Shown here: piece after piece, positions 12,444-24,400 of the stretch
Layout of the letters: every line of letters begins with the position of its first letter
Numbering within the stretch: the first letter of the stretch is position 1
Assembly: GCA_030141605.1 (NCBI GenBank)
Contig: JAQGDQ010000058.1
Coordinates: 1 to 64,000, forward strand
DNA length: 64,000 nucleotides
DNA from: Tubiluchus corallicola
Taxonomy: Eukaryota > Animalia > Priapulida
Reading direction: 5' to 3'
Notes under the pieces: generated by a model
Told to the model about the DNA's origin: nothing
Database searches by the model: none
What the model saw: only the letters and a program-made list of their open reading frames with translations
Program-made: the position numbers and the translations under genes

Positions 12444-15400
12444 GTAAGTTATCTTTGCTTTTTAGAGCAACATTTCATGCTCGGATTCACGTGTATTATT
12501 AAACTGTTGTGCTTTTTCTTCTCTTTTGTTCATTTTTGTAGCTGCACCAAATGAGTGAAATAAAATGTGTTTGGCAGTTACCTTATTACTTGTTATTATA
12601 ATATTAAAATATTATTACGATACATGTAATATTATTAGTTATTTTAGTTAGCTAACTGTAATAAGTTGAAAGTTAAAACAAAAGTAAAACTTCTAAGGCT
12701 GGCAAGACTGAAATTCAGTTTAGTTGTTCAAAATTTTACGTTGTTGCCAGTGCGTTAATATGGCGTGCTAGTGTCAAAACTAATTAAATTCAAATTTGGC
12801 TCTAGAGTACTAATCGTATTGTGTCACTTTTTGCTCAACTTTAATGGATTTTTGTTGCATTGTGCTGGAGAGCCACTCCCCAGATTCATTACCGAGCAGT
12901 GGAAGTGCTGCTGTACCTAACCTTTTCCTCTCTTCCACCCTGTAGTTTATTATCAGAATTGACGTTTTGTATATGTATTATATTAGTGTTCAATAATGTT
13001 AGATATCTACCTTTGTTAAGTTCATTTGCAAAAATAAAGATTTATTGCCATTGCTATTCACGAGTAAACTGTGCTACAACTGCTGCTACAACTTTACAAG
13101 GTGCAAATATGATTTTATAAACTGTTACATAAACTCTTGATACAGTACCAAGATACTACATTAAAACCTGCGACTGTCTTGAGCTGATGTATTATTGTAA
13201 ACCCTGGGGCACCACGGCGGGTTCTAGACCTGTTGGATTTGTTTTTCACACTTCTGCTGAGTAAAGTGGGGCTAAGGCTGTATTTTTACGATTTGTCTAA
13301 CAAATCCAATATAGAACCCAATAATAATATTCATGACAGTCGCAGTGTTTTAATGTATCTGTTGCATCGTAATGTTTATGTCACATCTTGACCTGTGCTA
13401 GCAGTTAGTTGTAGCACTGTTTTCTTACTGCGAATATAACGGCAATAAACGGCGGCAAACCTAACAAAAGGCAGATATCTAACATTATTGAACACCAACA
13501 GGCGTGCCGACAGTATGAAAGGTTAGTACAGCAGCACTTCCAATTCCCAGATTCATTACCGAGCAGTGGAAGTGCTGCTGTACCTAACCTTTTCCTCTCT
13601 TCCACCCTGTAGTTTACTATCAGAATTGACGTTTTGTATATATATTATGTTAGTGTTCAATAATGTTAGATATCTACCTTTGTTAAGTTCATTTGCAAAA
13701 ATAAAGATTTATTGCCATTGCTATTCACGAGTAAACTGTGCTACAACTGCTGCTACAACTTTACAAGGTGCAAATATTATTTTATAAACTGTTACATAAA
13801 CTCTTGATACAGTACCAAGATACTACATTAAAACCTGCGACTGTCTTGAGCTGATGTATTATTGTAAACCCTGGGGCACCACGGCGGGTTCTAGACCTGT
13901 TGGATTTGTTTTTCTCTTGTGATGATAATTAGATATAAATCGTAAAAATACCAGCCTTGTGGTGCTTTTGATCCCCCACTTTTACTACTTACTTCCTTGA
14001 GAGTGTGAGAGAGAAAAGAGGACAGCCATTTTCAAATTTGCCCCTGTGCAAGGTTGTGCCAGGGCTACAAGTCTATCTGGCAGAAATGCAGCCTTGCAGT
14101 TTTTTAAATAAATCGAACATTATGGTAATCGTTCAGTGCTTATGACTATTGCGATAAATACGACTTCATAGATGGCATATGCATGTATTTTAGGCTACTG
14201 TTACACGCTCTCATTTGGTTGGGAAGACATTTCTTTCTTAGAAATGATTTTTTTTGTTACATGCAGGCTCTGAGACGCCACATAGTAGTCTGGATAAATA
14301 AGTTTATATAAAATTTAAACTGGAAAAGAAGGTAGTTTGTTGTGTAGCTCTTGTTTACTGTTAAACTAAGATACATCACAGCTGTGTATATTTTTTTTAG
14401 TTATTTTTCTGTTTTATTGTCTCTAATCAGACAATTTGGGTATAAGGGGTGTTACATATAGTGACGTGTGCAATCTGAAAATGCTTTTAATAAACTTAGA
14501 TATTTGCACTTGACAGGTTCATTTGCTTGAGCACTTGAAGCTTGTTAGCGATATGCATATGGAACAGCTGGGCAAAAAACATTTATATCCATACAACCTA
14601 GTAGCAAAGAGACTAGAAACCTCCTAAAAGTGTTCGAATTTTGCACAGTTGCAAGCTGCATCGCTACTACCCTCATCCAAACACTGTAGCTGCTCTGTGT
14701 CTGGAAATGATGCTGTTTTTTCGCAGTTTGTATTCACACCATCCCAGGCGCAGATTAGTGTAACGGATTTGTTATTCTAGTGTAATGATGTTTTCATTGC
14801 TCGACACTGGGAAGATAAGTGTCGACTGACATTGGCGTACGGTTTGGTTTGGCTGTAATAAATTAGACGTAGACTAGCCCTAAACTTTTTTAAAGTTTAA
14901 AATTACTAGTGAACTTTTACGGACATAAGCTTAGGAGAATTTTTTTATTTATCTAATGTGACTTAGACGTTTGGCAGGCACTTACCTAGAGTGTTTTCCT
15001 GTGCTCCCATCTTTTTGTCGGGAATTACGGGTGCCGTAATCTTCCGATCAACAGGGCGTCTATTATATTCTTGCACCCTGGAGTTTAGGTCCGTCTAATT
15101 TTACAGGGTTTGTATGAACCAGTGGTCAGTTATTTCTGTATGTGAAGACCTGTAGGAACTCATTTGAATGGTATAGTAACTCTACGACAATGTTATAACT
15201 GGTTTCTACATTTACATATCTCCAGTTTTCCCTATAAAAAACTTGGCTATTTAGCTTCTAGCTTTGAATTGGCCTCGAGATCTTACAGACTTCATGTCAC
15301 TCCAATTCCTAGCTTAAAGTCAAGGATAGACATGTCATAAGTAAGCCCCTCTTTTCTGACCTCACATTCACCTTAGTTAATCTCACATTTAGGATGCTTT

Positions 15401-18400
15401 AGTATTAAATTAATCATACATTTGTATGATTTTATTCTCATACGTTTGTCATCGAATCGAATTCATGTACTATACTAATACCTTTACTGAATTTGTAGGT
15501 TTGCTAATTTACTGTTCTCGATATGTAAGTTGGTTAGTCAATGGTTCTCCGAATATGTGATGGATTATTACTAACCTATTGTCATTAGCGTAGTCGATAT
15601 CTTTGTAAATTATCATATCGTCATAATATATTTGATCGTGATTTTAATTTAATCTTTGAGTTCATTTTGTCACAGATGTAGGTAGACAAACACACACACA
15701 ATATCTGAACATATTTCGCTTCGTGTTTTGGCTGTTCAATAAGTTTATCGAGAAAAAGATTCTTGTTCTTTTGCGACCAGTCATTCCAGTCTACCTGCCT
15801 CTCCCACAATTTTCAGAATTTTAACCCTTTCCTTGACATATAAAATGATGTAGCTTTGATTCTACGTGTACTGCAGTGGTTTGTCATTTCCTGCAGCTTT
15901 GCGTGATTTTATGACTCTTAATTAGTTACCAATAATATATATAATATATATCGGTTTAATTAAAATCCACAAGACCGCTAATTAATTAAATTTTAGCATT
16001 AGCAAAATTTCAGTCGCGGTCATTTTACAGCATTGTGAGAGTTGCGACACAGTTACTTGGCAAGAGTTCAACCTTCCACCGATTCATTGTCAATCATGAC
16101 CTGGGAGTAACGACTCTTTTTAGTACTTCGCATCGTATAATTTCCAAAAATTATTGCCCCAGCAAAATTGCTGTGGAAGCACACGTTACAACCGTCACCT
16201 GACTCAGCTGGTTGTAATATACGTGATTACAATCGAGATTTGGAGATTTCAGCTTCTCTGAACGAGTTTACCGGCCGGAATTCAATGCTTGGGTGAAGGT
16301 GGGGATGTAGCAGCGCAGCGCCAATTCGAATTGGGGGTGGCTCTCTGAACTGTGACTTGAATTGTAGTTGGAAAGCAGTGTTTAGCAGACTCAAGCGTAT
16401 ACATAGTTCTGCTAGCAGGTCGTTCCCGCATTATCTTGTCCGTGTAAAAGTCATGAACTCGGTAGAGTAGATATTGGCATTTTTTGTCAGAAATTAGTTC
16501 CTAGTGTGTGCTGTTTGTGTACGTAAACTCGCTGGAAAATGAGTCGAACACCGTATAGGAACAAGTTCAAGACTGCTATACCTGTATCGAACAACAATAA
16601 CGGCAGCGGCAATATTCCCAACGGTTTTGTAAATGGCGTCGGGAGTAACCGATTCGGAAGTTTGTCCAATGTTGTAAGTAACATAATAAGAATGGCTCAT
16701 GTATTTGTGAATTTCTCATACAAGTAATTAAGTGACTGCTCATAACATTGCTTGCACACAGTGAGAGTAATATATTTTAGCTTGGTTACTACGTACATCG
16801 TATTTTTTCTGTCATGTTTCTTAAGCCATATATGCATTTCCGTTACTCACTGTTTATTTAAATTTTACTGGCATTTTCTCTGTAGTGAATTTCTGTTTAA
16901 TGTCATACTATTCGTACAACATTTTAGTATTCAGCATTATTACAAATGGGCTATTCAAAACGAGAAAGAATGCATGTCGTATGAAACGTAGTATTGTTAA
17001 TGTAATGTGAAATTAATATGACATTATTGAAGTGATTTACGTGCCCACAAGGTTTGGTTTAATTTTCCATTATAATACTTTCTTATTTTGTAATGCTATT
17101 GAACAAAATTAGTACTTACCTGTGTTAATTGTGGCTATTTATCATTTAAAATTCGTTTTTTATTGAAAGACTGTTTACTTTCTACTGGATGCTTTGGTGT
17201 AGTTCGACGTTGTCTTGCCTCTGGGGCGCTTAAAATTTTCTTTTAGTTGCATGGTAATGTTTGGGTAGTAATGTCTGTTTTAACCCTTTCATACCTGTTG
17301 TATCCCGTGAGATACGAGAATATTTTCTGCCAGTTATTTGATCTGTTAATAGTTATTTTGATTTAAGCCAATAACAATAGACTAAAAGTAGTGATAAAGT
17401 GGCAAACTAGAAAATCTACATAGCATAAAAAACTGTGCAAGGTACAGTACTTTAGAGACGACTTTGTACAGATCAGCATAGCATGCATAATAAATGTCTT
17501 AAATACTTTAAAAAATTATCAGCAGTCGCAAAATGAAGCACATTTTTTCCTTTATTGTGTTTTTAAAAAAGTCGGACTTTGTTTTTTTGCACATGACAAA
17601 GAATGTTGTGTATCCCACAGGATACATTGGGAAGAAAAGTACCAAGCCAAAAAAATTTTTCTTATTAAAAAATAATTTGGAAGTGAAAGGGTTAAACATA
17701 TTTCTGCAAGTTGTTTAATCTGCTACATTAATTTTGATGATTCTTGCCGCAAAACTGCTTTTTTATTTCTGTGTTCTATTCTACAGCTCTGTTCTATTAT
17801 ACAGCCAACATGAACAATAAATTGGAATAGTTTTATGATACGCTTGTTATTCTTAAAATGAACAGGAAGGGTAACTAGGAGCTTCTGAAATTCTTAATCA
17901 AATTGCATTTTCAGGTTGTTTTGTCATTTATCATTCCCTAAAATTAGCAATCTTTTCTTTATTTTGTAATCAAAGTTTTAAACTCGCATAATATATAGAC
18001 TGTCATTAAGAGTGAAACTTCACAAGCGTTAAAAAACGATTTTCAGCTGTTACCGTATATAATCCTGCAGTTTAATTTAAAATACATCTAGGAGCATCTT
18101 TGGTAGTTACACAATTTGGAAATTATGTAAACTTTACAAGAATCTAGAAGAACTGCTATGTAGTCTTCTATAATATGTGAAATGGCAACTTTCTGTCTGA
18201 AATGTAGGAATACACACTTCTTGACAGTTTGCGTAACGATGTTCATTCGTATTTTTCCATGTTTTAGTAAAAAGCTATTGGTTTCGATTCAGTAAACTTA
18301 GAAACGTCGGGAATATTTGGTTCACTCGGTGATCCTTTAACGAAGAGTCATTTAACTGTTTAGCCTTGAAGATAATGCCACTTCATAAATCTTGTCACCT

Positions 18401-21400
18401 TCAGACCTGTAGGCACCGTTATTCCCCTCTAGGATCTAGCGTAACAATTTATTCCGGCTGCGTATTTACAACTAGTAGAATACCTGAAGTGCGTTAACGT
18501 TCTGCCTTTCTTAAAACTGTCATCAGCAATAATTATTATCACTTGAAGGCCATAGCTTCTTGTGCAATGCTTAGGATCAGCATCTCTGTCGGAAATGAGA
18601 AATGTTTTTCAACTTCCTAATGGACTACCTTACACGGGACATTTAATAACCATACCTTGGTGGACTGTCAGCAACAACCAGTTTTATTCTGGATGATGTT
18701 TTATGTGGACGTGTTTCTGTGTTTGGTATAAAACTGAGCATTTGCTAGTTTAGCCATGGTTATTACTGTAAGTTTGAATAATTTAGCCATGGTTATTACT
18801 ACTGTAAGTTTGAATATAACTGTGTATAATATTAATCTTACTCTGTGTGCAGGTGATGCTAAAAACCTGGCTTAATCGTTTATTTTCAATTTTCACTCAT
18901 GAATCCTGCCCACCAATTCATTAAGATAGATAGTGAAACGATTGTACTAAACGTTAAGTACTTTAACGTCCGTAAATATATTTTATTTAAGCGTATGCAT
19001 GCATCTTTTGTATTGAGGTTAAAGATTTTATTGAGTGACTCGTGTATAAAATTCTTTAAAATAGATGTAATAGTCCAAATTTTGCCGTGATACTTGGGTG
19101 GCTAGATACGTCTGTTCTCTGGCTATTCAGTTTCCCATAAAATTCCAATTATCCGTTATTTTCTTCACATAATTTTCTTTAACATTTCGTAATTATTGCA
19201 ATACAATTGCGTAAATTCTGTATGTAGCTTTTTCTTTAATGTATCTATATTATTACTTTCACCGTTGTATACCAAATATGAAATTAAAATTTTCAAATGC
19301 AACTTCAATTTTAAAGTCCTTCGCAAAACTGGTAATAATAACATTGACCCCATTCCTATACATGATGACAATTGAAGAAACTGTACAAGTTCTATGTAAT
19401 TATGACGCTTGTGTGGCAATTTCTGCTAGATTGCATCGTACAGGCGTGTTAAAATTGCTTGTACCGACTTTTTATTCGTTTCTTGCAATTATGCTTTTCG
19501 ACCTTCGTTGCGTTCACAGTTGAGATAACAGTGTCGCAGGATTGGCGAAGAAAAACTCAATTGACCGTGTGTTATCGGCAGATCTATCACGCCTTGTAGC
19601 TTTTCTGTATTAGGTCGCATTCATACTCCTGCGGTCATGCGGCGACGATTTCCGTTCGGCCGATACAGCGATGGCAATTCCACCATCATTGGAGTGCGCA
19701 GAACTACGCGTGGCTTCTCCTCTGTGGTAGAAGCTTTAATAATTCCCCTCTTTCGTTTTTTTGATTTGATTGTTACATTTTCACTCGTATTTGTCTACTT
19801 TTTTGTCAGATGTGTTTATTTTCTTCATTTTTAGTGACTCATACATCCTTATTAGACGTCTCCCCAGCTTGAGTGATTCCCTGCAAGTCTGTTTGTCCTT
19901 TGATTTTTCAAGGTCGTGCTTTAGACTGCTCTTTTTCAGTTTTTCAGTTGAATGATGTAAAGGAAAGGTAAACCCCTAAAAATATATTCTACACCAGCAG
20001 TAGCCAGAGCATGGATAGATCGTTTGGTGGCCGGTAAAAAAGTCACAATTAATTCTGGCTGGGGTTAAGGTTTATTTCTTTTTTCCTGTGCCTTTTTTCT
20101 TGTGACTTTTTCCGTGATTTTGTTATCTGTGACTTTTACCTAGATTCGAACGTTAAGTCATGTCTGTATTTTATTTATGTGCGTGAGGGTGTGTCTGCGC
20201 ATTTATCCGCACCTTAAAGTCAAAACGGATGAAGCCTTTGATGGCAAAACTTGAGACAGGAATAGGTCGTGACAAGAGCTTGAAATCCGGTGATTTTGGA
20301 TTTAAAAGGTCAAGGATCAGAAAATTAAAAAATGCTTATAGCGTCAAAACGGATGAAGCTATGATCACCAACATGTCACAGGCATGGGTTAGTGCAAGAC
20401 TTTGAAAGCTCATTTGCTGTTTTGGTTCAAAAAGTCGCGGGTTATACTACAAGATGCAAAAATGTCAAAATAAATTTTTGCCCTTAGTGAACTTCACGTC
20501 ATGGCGAGGAAGATAAATTTTAGTCACAGCAAGGTGTGTAGGCTGTCGGTTATAATTCCACACCCATGCCTCTTGTCTTTCAAACGTTTCCGTCATAGTT
20601 TCGTCTCACATCTAGAATGCATTGCTCACGATGCATGGAATACCGTTAACATGATAATAAAAGACGTGAATGTTATTGCGCTGGATTTATTTAATATACA
20701 CATACTCATGTTGCAACGGACTACTAGCATATAGCAACAGCAGTTGTATTTTGTAGTGGCTGCGTCCCGCCCAAAACAGATCTAGCCTCTGATATCAGCC
20801 GACATAACCTTATAGCGCATAATATAAAGCCTGGGATGATGTTACAGTCCCGAGGCTACTGTATGCTACCATATGGTGGAGTGGATGGGCGCGTCTGTTT
20901 TGTTCCAAATGTCCATATGCCGTAAATTCAGCATTCCTTCCTCTGAGGGGTTTCAGTTGGTTTAATGTATTGTAGGAAGAGTAAATAATGTAGCCACTTT
21001 AGTTGTCCGATAAGACTTTGGAGTTCCTTTAATACTCGTACAACAGGACTTACCGTACTTGTAGACATTCGCATTTCATTACCAGTTTAGGCAGTATCGT
21101 TGCTCTGTATCGTTGAGGTTAATAAGTCTGCTGATTAAGAATGAGAAAAGAATTGTAAATTTGCATGGCCTAACCCAATTCGATGTCCATCAGTACCCGC
21201 GTGTTTACCAGACTGGATTAAAGACCTTTGATAGAGTCGAAAACACGTAGCGATGATAAGCATTTGCTTCTCATAATGAATTGTCACAATTAAATTTGCA
21301 GCACAGTTATAATATATTTGACCGGTGATGTATGATAAGTGAGCGTTATCGTTTGACATTTCTGGGTCGAAGTGAGTCAGTCAGAACAATAGACATCATT

Positions 21401-24400
21401 GATGTTCTCTGCGCTTTTTTCTAGTAAATCAAGGAAGTGATGGGATTTGCTTATAATCAGCGACTACTACTTAACTTAGACTCTTGCACAAATGTTTGCT
21501 TTATTTGCTTACCTTTACGTGCCTCTAGCCGCATTTTATCACACTAATCACCAAGGCTAATCTAGCTAGTTTGTTAAGAAGAGTTTTTTATGACTGAAAA
21601 ACATTATATTTAGTGAGGGGGCCACAAGGGTTGCAACGCAATTCATATTGCTTGACTCACAGTATTTCAGCGCCTCCCTTAGTTGATGATGTCTGTCTTG
21701 ATCCTGTGTGCAGTTATTGTGTTGCGACATTAAATTTGCAGATGACATTAAATTTGCAGGTACTCCAGTCACTCTGCCCCGCAGACTATAAAATAGTGCG
21801 TGACATGACTAACGTGACATGACATCATTCCTCCAAGTTCTGAATCAACTTTCTTGACTGTTATCACTGCCGCCAAAAACCTGTGTGAAATTTGTAGTTT
21901 AGTTACTCTCTTAAGATTTAATTCTTATATTTAAAATGCAGAGTGGTTTCTGTTGTTCGATTGCTATCGCACGTGTCACGCGAGCGTGACGTGCGACATG
22001 CGTGTCAAGAAAATGGCTCAACTACACCAAATTGTGGCGTGAAGGCACTTTGTGTGATGCATTGTCAAAAGTTTATTAAGACTTCATTACTCAAGTTATA
22101 ACAATTTTTGATAGAAATCATCTTTCGCATAAAAATTGGGTTAAATACAACAATGTAATGACATCAAATATTGAGACTGCCTCTGTTATTTTCAGCTAAG
22201 CTTCAAAAGATTACATACTGTCACTCTGGCTGTCTTGTCATTTTATCAACTATATTATTTCAACTTTATCCACTATAATAGATAGACACTAAACCAAAGT
22301 AACTAACGTTAACACCGTGCGTGTTTTCACTGTCAGTGACAATTTTTAAAGGATAGGACAAGTGACTTCGCATGTTAAGCTTATTTTTCCTGTTAACACT
22401 TAAACTTAGAAAAATATAACAAAGAAATTTGCAACAAACTGTCTACAAACTATATGAAGTTAATTTATACTACCGCTGAGTAGAAATTTTTCAGGCGGAG
22501 GTGGCAGCCGCCATTTACTTGAAAATATTGATGCAACTGGTGAACTTTGTGACCTTTCGTAAGCTCATCGTGGCTTTCCATAACGGCGCGCTGCTTCAAC
22601 TAATTTAAGCATCTGCAGTTTACCTATGTTCGTTCAAAAATATAAAAATATTACATAATTAGCCATCTGTTTTTTGTTGTAAAAACTTATACTTTTGGCG
22701 CAAATTGACAGTGCGCTGCTTTTCTTCAGCGAATGATCGACGTCATTTGTGGAAAAATGGGCGTTCAAAATAGGATCGTCCAAGCATAAAATGATCGCGA
22801 TTTTAAATGATTTTACACGAGGCGCTAATCTCGTTTTTATTACGTACTAATTCATTCTAACATTTTTTTGCAAACGTTGAAATAAGCCTAACAAGTCAGA
22901 AGACTTGGCCTTTACCTTAACTTTTTCTGAAATAAACTTTCCATTGTAATTGATAGTTGAAAATTTTGCTTTCACTACCATACAAAATTAAAGAAATTCA
23001 TAAAATATAATGAATGTTAAACTCAATATACTTGTGCGCAAAAATAGTTTGATGAGATATTTTTCACAATAGCAAAGCATTTTCACGTAACTTTGTCTGT
23101 TTACCTTTGGTCGTGTTTGTCTTACAAGCTGTAGGATCTCTGTGTTTTTCTCCAGTACATAGCCTCCCTGCATAAATAACTGGGTAAGGGAAGAAATATA
23201 CAATCCTCTAAAGCTTGGGCACACGTGTTATGTTTACTAAACTATGTGATGAATAAACATAGGTGTGATTAGTATGCAACAACACTTTTACTACAGATAT
23301 AGGTGTGTGTACCCGACTAATACCTGTATAGGTGACTAGGTGTGCGTGACTAATTTAACCAACCATTTTCACAATATAAATGCGCCCTAAATATGCGTAA
23401 GTAAAGCATTAGTGAAATTTTATATTGTTGGTCTGCTGATGTTGTGATTTACTGCCTTGCCTGTCAAGCAAGTCATATGCCATAATCCTAAGCGAGTTTC
23501 TAAATCTTAAACTTTTACAAGAGAGAGTATTCAAAAATACTTAGTTTCATGCTACCAAATTATTCACAGAGATGTTGGTGTTGATTTTGACAAATTTCAC
23601 TTCTGTATCTTGCAATAGAACGACAAAATCATTCTCTGAAACTTTGTGCGTCAAACTGCTAAAGTGTCATTTTGTCGTTTTTTCTCAAATCGAGTTATTG
23701 GAACTTTTTTTGTCTGCATATATTGATGGTGCCTTCTTAACTGCACAAAATATTAAGTTATTTAAAAGCCAGTTATTTAAAGTTAACTTACATACATTCC
23801 TTGTGCATAATACACATGTATAAGTAGTCCATCTCTTTATGTCCCTACCACATTCTTGTATATACTATATTTGCAAATTGTAAATATTGCATTTTATTAT
23901 TTTTATATATATTGTTTTTATTATATTTTACTGTTGGATGTGAATAAAGTGAAATAAATAAAAAAATAAAGCTGCTTTTGGCAGATTGATAATGTTATAG
24001 TAAAAAAGTCAGTAAATAAAATTTTCCTGCAGTTACTATAAACAATACTTTATCAGTGGTATAATCATACTAGCAGCAAGTTTACGGTAAACACGACTTG
24101 ATCTTTCTCACTAGTGAGACAATCTCAAGTCGATGACGTCCCTGAAAATAGTTTTGCCTTTCCTATACGGTAGTGAAGTGCGGCCAAGTTTGAAAATTTT
24201 GTTTTAGACGTTATTATTGCAGTCTATTAATATCAATAAAAAGTAATTAACATGTAAATTATCCAGTAAACCTAGAACAATGTCTAATGCAGCAGAAGGC
24301 AATAGCAAGATTGAAGATAAGCAAGGTTCTATAGAAATTTTATTTTTATCTTTACAGAGCGTAACAAAGCGGGAACTCTTTTTCCGTGAGCAGGCAGCCG

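Noticed and set aside
12860-13787. Two near-identical short ORFs suggesting a duplicated gene
   Set aside because: By-product of the 369-bp duplication; no protein-like features.
24280-24357. ATG at 24280 as the septin start
   Set aside because: This stretch contains the pyrimidine tract and TTTACAG acceptor, so it is more likely intron; use as a minor first exon cannot be excluded.
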